Assembly: GCA_018398765.1 (NCBI GenBank)
Contig: JAHBMJ010000451.1
Coordinates: 1-47,540 of the forward strand
Direction of reading: 5' to 3'
DNA from: Chromera velia
Lineage: Eukaryota
DNA: 47,540 bases
Position numbers and translations under genes: made by a program. Under the pieces are notes generated by a model. The model did no database searches, was not told the origin of the DNA, and saw nothing but the letters and a program-made list of their open reading frames with translations. Below, piece after piece: positions 1-11,046 of the stretch; positions within the stretch are counted from its first letter, which is position 1, and each line of letters starts with the position of its first letter.

Positions 1-45
1 AGGGGGGGGGGGGGGGGGGGGGGGGAGGGAGGGAGGGAGGGAGCG
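1..45. repeat. poly-G/GGGA low-complexity tract
   Basis: A G run followed by GGGA units at the window start; may lie next to an assembly gap. Confidence 0.8.
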
Positions 46-1578
46 GGGTAGAGAGACGATCCAGTGATCGACAGGATTTGTGAAGACAGACCTCAAACGT
101 GAATGTCAAAATGATCGTGTGTGCAGACTGCAGTGTTGCTGGTTGGTGTCTGCCTGGTGATAGGGATGTATTGCAAGAGGCGATATGGAAAGGGGGACCG
201 GGTGGGCATCTCAAGGTCAGCCAGGTCCGCGCTTAACAAGTTACAAATTCTCCTGTTAACTGCAAGCTGTCCAGCTTTGTGTATCGTCTGTTTTTTTCAT
301 GTGTATCCTTCATTGTGCAACTCTGTACAACGCCGTTCCGCTGCACGTGGAGAAGTACCTTTTTTTTGTGCGATCCTTACGAGACAAACAACAGCAAGAA
401 AAAGAAGTAGACAAAAAAACACAGTGTGTTTCATTTTCTTCCTTGGAAAAATAAATACTACCACGGTCACAGGAGACTTAGTTTGCAGAGTCACCGACAT
501 CAGCCCGTCCTACATGTCGGCGATTATCATTCGCAGTATGATTTTAATGTATGCAGATGGACGGGGTTGTTCTCAAAGTTTCATCGGCATCAAAAATAGT
601 GTGACTCTAAAGGTGACTCAGGTGACTAGCGACTCATTCAGACTCAACGTTTTACTATATTGTCTCACTACAGGAGAACTTGAAGTATAGACTCAGTCAT
701 TAATGAATGTTGTACTACATGTATAGGCTTTATCCCCCTTCAGCTTTTATATATGATTGTGTACACTTCGACAAGGCTGCTAACAGTCTGAGCTAACAAT
801 ACTTAATGCGTACCCGCCGTACCACTACAAATAATTAGAAATGATATTTCTTTTTTTAAAAAAGGTTTCGATTTCTTTTTTTAAACAGTGAAGAACAGCT
901 GCAAAACATTTTAAAAATATATTGCAACACTTACACAACAGTGTTGTGAAAAAAAAAACAACAGGTTTTTAATTTTTTAAAATGCTATACATAGGGGTGT
1001 AATATGGTGTAAGAAGAAGGGGGGAATTCTTGAAGGTTTCGACCTCTGAAATCTCTCGGCAGGGAGGTACGGGAAGGGTGTTTAACCTAGTTCAACCTTA
1101 AACCCTTAATTTTTGAATAAGTCAAATTAAGACCCGCCACCATTCATTTCTAATCACTATTTCCAGATGAAAATTAGTTCAAAATAAGGGTATGTTTTGA
1201 CTTCTAAAATGCCTAAAAATACTTAACATATACACCACAAAAGAAAAAAACAAAAAAATGAATTTTTTGGCTCAAGAGTGTTCCGGTCTAGGGGTACGTA
1301 GGCCCCGGGTAGCAAACGTGTTCTTTTTTTTTTTCTGGTCGCCCCTGAACTTTTCCTTTCGGACTACAGATACCGTGCATGGCTCGGGGTCCACGGCATG
1401 TGGCCTCTGATTGACGCTTTCAGGCGCTGCGGGGCTATGCATCTCGGCTCTTTTTTTTTTGAAGGTATAAGACACGTACGATAAGACACGTACTCAAAAA
1501 CGAAAAAAGATTCATTTTCAGATCAATCAGACTCAGCTGTTAGTAGGACCATCCATCTGACATCTTCTGACGCTGTTG

Positions 1579-2911
1579 ATGGTGGATTCGGTTGAAGGGG
1601 GACTTACTAAAGTGTTTCATGATGCATCTAATCCAGATTTGTTTCTTTTGCTGTTTCTTCTTGCTTCTGACATGTCTTTGAAGAAACGGTGTGCGCTGGG
1701 GGGGCTCCGTCTCCTCGTTTCGTTTTGTCTCGCTTCTTCTTTTGTCCCTGAGACTCTCCGGAGTCGATTCCAGGCTCTGCGTGCGCGCCATGCCAGCGAT
1801 CTTGAGCCATCATCTGGCTCCTGCCAAGTCCGGGTCTTTGAAACAGACGTCGAAGTGAAGGGGGACAGCGGAGTGTGCAAACGGCGAGCCGTCTCTTTTC
1901 TTGTCTCTCCGTTTGACGACGGAGACGGAGGCGGGAGGCTCGGAGAGACAAATGCGAGCTGCCAGCGTGTTTTGAAATTTTGTGCAGGTGTGCCTCCTGG
2001 TAGCTTTCGGCTTCAGCCAGACTCTCGGAGACCGCCTTCTGATGAGAGAGGCTCCCCTGCTGTGCCTGCCGACTGATCGATTCGGAGGAAGGCACAGTCC
2101 TGGGGTGGGAGGGCGGTGCGGAGTTGTGTAGGGACAGCAGCCGGGAGATCCTCTTTTTCGAAGAAAACAACTCCTCCGGTCGTGCGGATGAGATTAGAAG
2201 GCTCCTGAAGGAAGTGCACCCGATAAATAAAGAGGAATTGGGGGAATGGGGAGGCGAGTGGCAGAGGTGGGGCGTGGGGGAAGGGGATGGGGACGGAGCG
2301 AGGGAGGGAGAGATCCTTGGCGGAGACGGGGAAGGGGAGGGAAGGGAAGAAAGAGGGAGAGGGAGACTGTTACTGAGTGAGGACAAGGACAGCGAGGAGG
2401 GACCCGAAACTCCCTGCCTCCTGGCTGGGCCCCTTGTGTTCAGAAGTTCCGAGAAGGAGCTCTGCGCTTTTCTTCGTACACCCGTACGCCTGTGGTCCCT
2501 GTCAGTGGGTCGGGTTGTCCCGACAGCCAGTGGCACCTCTGCCAAGGAGGACGCAGACTCCGAGTTGGTGTCCTTCGTCCTCTGTGGCCTCTTCAGTCTG
2601 CACTCCAGACTCGGGAGACCTGACGGACCGTCAGCCAAGGCTCCTCAGTTTCGGCAGGGTCGACTGCGGTTGTGGGGGAAGGTCGTTCCATCCTCGACTC
2701 CACAGACTGACAGAGAGACGCGTGTCCGAGGCGAAGGCGTGTCAGTGGCGCGCCTCGTTTCCGTTTCCCGACAGCCTCCGTGTCTTGGATGGACCGCTGG
2801 CAGCTTCAGATACCGATGAAGGTGCAGCAGCTGAACGATGGTTGCGCACCCACTTCGCCTCTCTTTGGATAGAGGAAGTCTTTATGTTCTGCTGGAACGA
2901 AGGGAAACGGG
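1579..2911 (+). pseudogene. Probable 5' part of the calpain-like gene, broken over several frames
   Basis: GC-rich coding-like sequence in overlapping ORFs 1576-2076, 2124-2819 (frame open from 2046) and 2377-3009 that lead into 2912-4459. There are no microsatellite-type introns. Joining them needs about three frameshifts. No recognisable domain. Confidence 0.35.
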
Positions 2912-4459
2912 GTGAGGGGGAGGTGGGCGGGTTGGGGGGATTATGGGGTGCCCGACAAGAGCTTGGAGACGGCTTGGCACCTTTTCGAATTCTACCAGCA
3001 GGGAGTTGATGAGATGGATGACAACCGGCCGAGAGCTTTGAGCCTCCCCGACACCGAAGGCACGCGGCGGTTCCTCTCGGCCTTCTTGGGCACCTTGTCG
3101 AACAGGAACCTGAAGTTCTTTGATCCCTTTTTCCAGCCCACTGACCCGGAAGTCAGAGTGGCTTTGAATTCGACAGTCACTGCCACTCGGCGAGTGAGTG
3201 ACGTTGTTTGCTCGTTTGAGGGCGCAGACCCACGGAGGGTCGACAAGAGGCTGAGGGGTCTGTGCTCGGACGAGCCTCACTTCACTGACATCTGTCAAAG
3301 GGGGCTGCGGCACTGTAAAGAGGTTGCTATCTGGAGCAGCCTTGTCGCCCTTCGTCCTTCTGTGTTCAGGGACAAGGACATATTCCCTTTGGGCGACACT
3401 CTGAGAGAGTCGGGGGCTGTGGTTGTCCGTCTGTGGATTCCCTCGCTGAAAGAGTGGAGACTCTTTCTGGTCGATGACTATCTGCCGTTCAAAGGCATGG
3501 GGATCGCGTACAGAGGCGAACGAATTCCATGCTGGCCTGCCATGCTCGTGAAGGCGCTGTGGAAGGCGAGAGGCACGTTTGAAATTGCCGAGGATGACAG
3601 GACCATTTTGGGTCCGTTGCAGTCGGCAGAGGCTGCTGACTCCTCAGCCAAGCAGACAGCAGACTGCCTTCGACTTCTTGACGGGTGGATCTCCTCAGAC
3701 CGCACAGCTGAGGAGCGCGCAGAGAGCCTAAGACGCTTTCTGCTGTGCGCACTCGAGGCCAGGTTACCCGTTCAAGTCTCTTTCAACCAGGGGGGGCCAA
3801 ACCAAAAGAATGTAGCCTATCATGCGTACGGGGTAGTAGGGTGGTTGCGAAGTGAGTCTGACGATGTGGAGGATCTCATTTTGATTTCGAACCCGTGGGG
3901 CGAAGCAAGGGGAGACAGGGTGGTGGGTCGGTTTGGGGTGTGGTCTAGGGAGTGGTCAGAGTTTCCGAGGGTCCGTGAGCGCATCACAAGGGAGATGCTG
4001 GCCCCAGGCGTAAGTCTCCCTGAGGGGATCACCGCAGAGAATCTTTGGCAGTGGGGTGGCGATCGCTTCCCGCCACGGCGGCCGTCGTTCCTTGGCGACT
4101 CTTTTGTTGTTAGGAAGCCGCCGAGGCCCTCTTTGTTTGCCGTTCCCATTTCTGATCTGAGTGTAGAGGCGGACGGGGTCCAGTTGGGAGCACGAACGTC
4201 ACACGCGACATATACGAATAAGCTGAAAAGAACGTTTTTGATGAAAAAAGGCATTGAGGGGCGACGAAAATTTCTAGTAGACGCACTGCTTAAAAGTAAC
4301 CTTTTAAAAAGTTGTCAGCCGCTGATGGAAGGAATGAGTCGGGAGGACCGTCAGGCCTTCCTTTCAAAGCAAATTCGCTTGTCAATGGAAAAGAGTGGAC
4401 TACTGATTGAGGAAGATCTGCTTGCTGTAGAAGCGGCTATATTGGAGCAGATCCCATGA
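2912..4459 (+). CDS. Calpain-like cysteine protease (CysPc/peptidase C2 domain); true start unresolved
   Basis: Calpain motifs in the correct order: DICQRGLRHC (cf. DICQGxLGDC, catalytic Cys), WRLFLVDDYLP, WPAMLVKALWKARG (cf. WSALLEKAYAKLHG), HAYGV (catalytic His), LISNPWG (catalytic Asn), WSxEWS. Confidence 0.8.
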   Translation: MRGRWAGWGDYGVPDKSLETAWHLFEFYQQGVDEMDDNRPRALSLPDTEGTRRFLSAFLGTLSNRNLKFFDPFFQPTDPEVRVALNSTVTATRRVSDVVCSFEGADPRRVDKRLRGLCSDEPHFTDICQRGLRHCKEVAIWSSLVALRPSVFRDKDIFPLGDTLRESGAVVVRLWIPSLKEWRLFLVDDYLPFKGMGIAYRGERIPCWPAMLVKALWKARGTFEIAEDDRTILGPLQSAEAADSSAKQTADCLRLLDGWISSDRTAEERAESLRRFLLCALEARLPVQVSFNQGGPNQKNVAYHAYGVVGWLRSESDDVEDLILISNPWGEARGDRVVGRFGVWSREWSEFPRVRERITREMLAPGVSLPEGITAENLWQWGGDRFPPRRPSFLGDSFVVRKPPRPSLFAVPISDLSVEADGVQLGARTSHATYTNKLKRTFLMKKGIEGRRKFLVDALLKSNLLKSCQPLMEGMSREDRQAFLSKQIRLSMEKSGLLIEEDLLAVEAAILEQIP

Positions 4460-5930
4460 ATTCATGATCCTGAAAGACCTCGATGGCATTCATCGTTTTT
4501 ATCATCATTATCATGCCTTTCTGATTCAAAAATTCTCAACTTATATTGTACTATATAGTATAAAGTATTTCTTTAGTTATATCTCTCTTCATCATCGTTA
4601 TCATACGTTATCGCCATTATAATGGCCCATTATCGCTTATTTCTAGGCTTCTAGCGTTTGGCGGGCCATGGCGCAACGCACGAGGCTAGGCATGAGACAG
4701 TTTTGTATCTATAACATGCAGCGTTAAATTTAACCAAATTTACTGAATAAAAGTCTAAATTACTTAATTTAAATGTCCAAACTTTGTCACTTTTGCTGCC
4801 ACCTCACTAGTCACCTCAGCATAATGTGAAACGTTTCAAAAGAAAAATTATTAATTTTGTATAGCTTGTCATAGTCAGCTATAACCGGAACTTCTCCATC
4901 CTGGCTCGAGTCATTTGACTAACAGGAAGCAGGTCGTGCGTGTGTTATCACCTACTAGGTCATCATTTTCTGGGGGAGGTCTGCTAGGAGGTCTGTCTGT
5001 GCCAGTGCCGCACACTAGGACTGTAAGCCACTCTAGAAAGCTAATATACATAACTTAGACCTAGACTTGGACACAATATAGTTTAACAAAAAAGAGAGAT
5101 GCGCGTCTGTAATATGAAGCCGCATGTATGGTACTTACTAATAATGATTATTTCAACTAACCCATGCACTCCAGAACCCACTGCCAGTGGCAAGCAGTGA
5201 TCATACGTACGTTATATATATATATATATATATATATAAGCCTCATCATCGTTATTATTTGCCCATCAATAGCAAGTCAACGTGTTGACATATGTATACA
5301 TATTTAACACGTATATGTATGCATGGTATCACTTTATCAGAACCTAGACCAGAACACGGGTCTAAACCTGACCATGCAGAACGGAGGGGATCTCCGGCAG
5401 CTGACTGCCGCGATCGAAGTCAGATCATGAAGACCTCAAATTTCTCGCATCGGGACGCAAAAAAATCGATCAGAAATGTGTAAACACGTGCAAAGGACGA
5501 GGAGCATGCATGGAAGAAAGCGGGTGACTATATGAGGATTCCAGTCAGATTCCTCGCAGCAAACATACAGAAAATTGAATGACGAACGACAACCACCAAG
5601 CGGTGGTTCACATTTCGCGACGCAGGCGATCCGTCGACTTGCATTGCAGTCTCGACAATCTTGAGCTCAGGTAAAACAACAAAAATCGTCTTCCCCTACA
5701 AGGACAATCACCTTTCAGGCAGGCTGCCTGCTTTCTGTGTGTGCACAACAACAACAAGGAACCCAATAACAGACAAGCTTTCCCAAACGAGCAGACGAGC
5801 AGCCAATTCGGACAAACTGGCCCTACTGCAGATTCAGTTGATCAATGGATGCATGCATGGGACAGAGACTGTGGCCATGCGTACCGTCAAAAATGTGATT
5901 GTCCACCGACGAGTGCTGCGGATAAGTGGT

Positions 5931-6020
5931 CGACCCGGCCATGTGCACCCTCTTCCCAAGCGACCCGGCCATGTGCACCCTCTTCCCAAGCGACCCGGCC
6001 ATGTGCACCCTCTTCCCAAG
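5931..6020. repeat. 30-bp minisatellite, 3 perfect copies
   Basis: CGACCCGGCCATGTGCACCCTCTTCCCAAG at 5931, 5961 and 5991. Confidence 0.95.
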
Positions 6021-6175
6021 TGAACCCTGACCGTTCAAGGGACCGCTTTGCTTCTTTGCCTACGTATGCCCTGTCGTGACTTTCTGATGATTCATATTGG
6101 TTGCTCTCCCGGCATCCTTTTTCATAGTGCAAACATCAAGACACATATGCAGAGAGAAAAAACGGTGGGTCACAG

Positions 6176-6365
6176 AGAGAGAGACACACACACACACACA
6201 CAGAGACAGAGACAGAGACAGAGGCAGAGACAGAGAGAGGGACACACACACAGACACAGAGACAGAAACAGAGACAGACACAGAGACGGATAGAGAGACA
6301 CAGAGAGGGGAGGGAAGGGAGAAAAAGACAGGGACAAATGCACACACACACATACATACGCATAC
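6176..6365. repeat. Compound GA/CA/CAGAGA microsatellite
   Basis: Direct inspection. Confidence 0.85.
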
Positions 6366-7225
6366 ACGAGATGGGTCAGAGACCGACAGAAGGAAAGGTC
6401 TGCGAATGACATTCTTGCACACATACATGGTGGGCATAGAAAGAGGGAGAGAGAGACAAAGAGACAGCTGCTCCCATCTAATTTAGGAACACGAGGAGAG
6501 GAACAGAGATGTACTCAAGGGCGCAAAGAGGGCCAGGAAGGGAGAGGTGTATATACACAAACACAGAATGAAAACAAACACACACTCACACAGTGCAGAA
6601 AGAGCTGGTACGCGCACAGGCATTGAAAGAGGCAGAAAACACACACAAGCACATATGAGTGTCCCATAGACACCGACGAGAGAGAGAGAGAGAGAGAGAG
6701 AGAAATTCACTGCGAATTCCTGATTCCCCCTACCACCTCCCAAATCGAACGAAAGGTGAGTGAGACAGAGACAGACGGACGGACGGTGCGAGAACCCCCC
6801 AGGGTTGCCTTCTTTGAAGTTGCACCTTGCAGGCAGGGGTTCTCTTCCCTTCCGACAAGGACCTCTCCCTCACTCGAGGGTTGTCCTTCTTCCTTCCTTC
6901 CTTTATTGCAGAATCGATTCGCATGCAAGAGGAAAGGCCTTTTTCCCTTCTTCTCTTCCAACAACCTCTCCCCATTTTTTCCTTCCTTCTTCTTTCCCTC
7001 TGTCTCTTATTTCCTACGTGTTTTCCTGTGTTTCTGGTTTCTTCATCCCAACACACAGCTGTCGTCCCTTTCTCCCTTTCCACATTTTTTCTATTTGTGT
7101 TGACTCTTTCTCCACGTTCCGTCTCGGAGGGAGGGACAGATGCGAATAAAAAAAGAAAACAGAAAGCAAGGGTACGTGTAGATAGGGAGTCACGTCCCTC
7201 GATCACTCTCCCCTAGTTCGATTGC

Positions 7226-9607
7226 TCACGAACGATTCTTTCCCAAACTGCTGCATGCAGCCAAACTCTTCATGGCTGCAATCGTCGATGGGTGGGTGTT
7301 TCCTAGAGCTTTCCTCAAAACACACACTGCCCCCACGTACCTCTTTCTCGCCTCTGCATGTCTCCCCTGTGCTCGCAGAACTGCCCCCTGATTTCTCAAA
7401 ATGACTGCCACTAGGGGGTGGTGCCTTCCAAACACCTTCTTTCTCACCCACAACGCCTCCTCATACCTCGCAAAGGCCTCCTCGCTCTTGCCTTGCAGGT
7501 GGAGGAGGCTTGCGATGTTCGACAGTGTGGTGGCTGTGTCGGCATGTTCGTTTCCAAACACGCTTTTACACACTCTCAACACATGCTCATACCTCCACAT
7601 TGCCTCCCCATACTTCCCCTGCTTGTGAAACACACCCGCAATACTGTTCATCACGTTTGCAGTCTCGGGGTGGTTCTCTCCCAAACGCTCAATGAGCACA
7701 CGCAGCGCCCCCCCATACATGTTCAATGCCTCCTCGTTCTTTCCCTGCCTCTGCAGCACCCCCGCAATACTGTGAAGGGCGCTCGCAGTTTCGGGGTGAT
7801 TCTCCCCGAAGACCCTTCTGAACACCCGCAAGGCCTGGGTGTACCACCCCCCCGCCTCCTCATACTTCTTCTGCTTCTGCAGCACACACCCCATACTGTG
7901 CAGAACGCTGGCGGTTTCAGCATGGTTGGGCCCGAACACTTCCCTAGACACCCCCAGCGCCTTCTCGTACCACTTTTGGGCGTCTTCATATCTCTCCTGC
8001 AGTTGCAAAACCCCCGCTATCTTGCGAAGGGTGGCTGCTGTGGAGGGGTGGTTGGGTCCGATAACCTTCTTGAACACACGATAGGCCTCCCAGTATCTCG
8101 ACAGTGCCTCGTTGTACATGCCTTCTTCCTTGTACACTCGAGCCATGTTGTGGAGTGTGGTGGCTGTGGAAAAATGCTGATCTCCGAACACTCTCCTAAA
8201 CAGCCCCAATGCCTCCTCATACCTCTCTAAGGCCTCTTGAGGCCTGTCCTGCGCCCTCAGCACGCGGGCTATGTTGTGGAGTGTGGTGGCTGTGGAGGAA
8301 TGGGCGTCTGCGTTCACCCTCTTGAACTGTTCGAGGGCCTGTTCGTACTTCCTCAGAGCCGGCCTGTACGCATGCAGGCGCTCGAACTCTGCGGCTTGGT
8401 CGTACAAGGACTGTGCGAGATGGGTCTTGTCTACGTTTTCGGTTGGGGGTGCGTGTGGGGTCGGGGTAGCGTCTCTCTTTCTTTTCTTCTTGTCAGACTG
8501 GGTCGTGGTCTTGGCAGAAGATGAGGGAGACGGTCGGAGGGGAGGGGGCGGGGGGATCAGACCGAAGGGACGGCCGGAGCGGGTCTGAAGAATGGGCTCT
8601 GTGCCCTTCCTCTTCGCTATCCCCTTTCCTTTGCCTTTCCCATCCTTACAGACAGCCTTCACCTTTTTCTGCCTCTTCTTCACCTCCCTCTCCTTTGACC
8701 CCCCCTCCCCCTCCTCTTCCTCCTCTTCCTCCCCGCCTTCTTCATCGAAGAGGAAGCGGACAGCATCAGCAAGTCGTTTGCCTGCAGCAACAAAGGGGGG
8801 AAGCGAAGAGAGGTGCAGTGAGTGAGAACGGCAAACTTTGGCAAGAAGAATACATCTGCCTAGTTGGATCCAATCAGATGACAGTGGACGAACAGAAACA
8901 AGGCACAAGTCTTTTGAGGAGCGCTCAAGAGAGGAGACACAGGAATTGATGGAGACAGAAACAATTAAGAAAACACACACAGACCTGCATCTTCTCCCGT
9001 CGAACCCCGTCCATAGCGCTCCTGTGACATCGTCGAGTCCCCCTCCCCTCCTCCCCTTCCCTCTTGGTCGACTCGGGACCGTTTCGCATCTCTCTCACGA
9101 AGAGACATGGAAGGCTCCAGGTCGATGAACGGAATCTCATCCTTCTGTTGGGGACTCGCACCCACCACCCGACTGACAACCACGTCACCGGATTCCTCTG
9201 CCAACGTGTGCGCAAAGCCCAGAGTGATCTCTCTGTTTCCCCCCCTCGCCTCCTGTTCCGCCAGGCGACGAAGCAAGGAGAGCGCCATCCGTCTACACGG
9301 GGCGCCTCCCGGCAGCTGGCCGAGCTTGAGACAGCAGCTGAGTTCCTTCTTGGTCACGGGGTAGTAGTGAATGCGGGCACGGGGGCTGGTGACGTCCTCC
9401 CGCCCGTTGGTGAACACTCCGAGCAGCGTGGCCAGCAGTTTCTCCTCCTTCGGTAGGAGGGGCTTGATTTCAAACTTCTGTACGATCAGGTTAAACTTCT
9501 CGGGACTCGCGACGATTCCGCAGTCCTGCACTTTTCCTTCCCATTCGGACGACGCTGAGACAGAGACACGGGGTTCTCTGGGGAGGGATTCTCTGTCTCC
9601 ATCTGTC
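7226..9607 (-). CDS. Kinesin-light-chain-type TPR repeat protein (about nine 42-aa TPRs) with an unassigned N-terminal region
   Basis: Repeats such as HPSTAATLRKIAGVLQLQERYEDAQKWYEKALGVSREVFG in 7226-8781. A GT-AG intron at 8984-8782 joins in phase (GCA G|GC AAA) to the upstream exon ~9607-8985. The start codon was not found. The 3' end overlaps a possible GTGAGC donor, so further exons are possible. Confidence 0.85.
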
Positions 9608-9945
9608 CTAGTCAAGCTTGCTATTTAAATAAAAATGGGAGACACGCACAGCCTGCGTCAACAAAGAGACGCGACAGCGAGCCGATCAGTCACTGCTCCA
9701 AGTGTTCCGCAGCTTTCTTGTTGCGTACAGCAGTGGGCACCCAGCAGACTTGAGACACCCAGAATCTTCACTGAAGATGCATAGTTCAGGGAAAGTATGT
9801 CTCGATATATACTGATCAAAGACAGGTAGACGCGCTCCTTGAGAATCAGCGTGGGACCAGTGTACGTACGGTTTCTGCGTGTATCGGTGTTGTCCATATG
9901 CGTATCGCCGGGAGGTGTTGCAAGACGGTGGCTAAAACAACGCCA

Positions 9946-10040
9946 TGTATGCATGCATGCATGCATGCAATTAAGCGACCCCCCGCGCGCGCACACACGC
10001 GTAGGCGCACGCGCGCGGTGTGAGTGAGCCTGCATGCATG
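9946..10040. promoter_or_regulatory. Candidate bidirectional promoter with (ATGC)5/TGCATGCA and CGCGCG motifs
   Basis: Lies between the divergent TPR (-) and ankyrin (+) genes. TGCATGCA is an established ApiAP2-bound element in apicomplexans. Confidence 0.5.
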
Positions 10041-10270
10041 GCCGGTCCCGCGTGTCCCTCCAAATGACTCGGTGAGTCAACTTGACCCTGAAACTATTCT
10101 TGAGACCGTCGTCCTACATTGTCTCAAAGAGTATTCAGGTTGTTTGTTGGACTTTGTTCTAATCGTCTACAGAGTGGATTCTGGGGTGACATTTGTGATT
10201 GGAGGTTGGAGACGAAATCTGAATTCAATTTGCTGTGTTGCAAGGCCGAGCTAATTCTGCAGTCTCCAGG

Positions 10271-11006
10271 ATGGCTTCTCCCAAAGAAAGCTTTGCCCCT
10301 TTGGCACAAAAGACAGAGTCCACTCTTCCAGACAGTGAAGATGTGTACTGCGAGGGGAAGTCTGCCTCCTCACTGAGGCTGGACGAGGAACACCTCGCGC
10401 TTCTATCTGGAGGAGCAGATCTGAGTATCAAATTGCAGGTGGGACGACTTGACCTCTTCGGGACCTTCTCGTTTCTTCTTGGCTCTCTGCCTTTCTGGGC
10501 AAGGTGCTATACTCACATATAATGTTCATGGTTGTGGGTGACTGCCCGCAGGTCAAGGTGATCAGGGAGCTGGAGGCGACCCCGATGCTTCTTCAGGTGA
10601 GCGTCTCTTCCTCATGCGTTCCAATACGTCCTCTGGCGTGTGTTCAAGACTGGCTGTCAGATGGCATAGGCAGCTGAAGAGCGCAAAATCACTTTCATCA
10701 AAATCAGGAAAGACAGGGGAAGAGCCTCGGTTGAAAGGAGAGCAGTGTATGAGGGGTGAAGTGTGGCGGGAGTAGAGGAGACGGGAAAGAGAGCATGGAT
10801 AGGTGATAAGAAGGACAGAGGACTGGGTGGCAACACACAGCACACTCACTCACTCACTCACTCACTCACACTCACACTCACTCACACTCACTCACTCACA
10901 CTCAGTCGGTCGCTCGCTCACTCACTCACGCACACAGGCTCTCTCTCTCTGTCTCTGTCTCTCTCTCTCTCGTGCCTCTCTCTCTGCCTCTCTTTCTCTC
11001 TCACAC

Positions 11007-11046
<40 letters not shown>

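Noticed and set aside
121..690. 189-aa ORF and the antisense 67-aa ORF
   Set aside because: No recognisable motif, non-ATG starts, and no supported splice structure.
1628..2638. 336-aa minus-strand Ser/Pro-rich ORF
   Set aside because: Antisense shadow of GA-rich + strand sequence.
5931..6020. Possible CRISPR array
   Set aside because: The repeats abut with no spacers and the context is eukaryotic; this is a minisatellite.
7418..8230. 270-aa plus-strand ORF
   Set aside because: Antisense to the periodic TPR exon.
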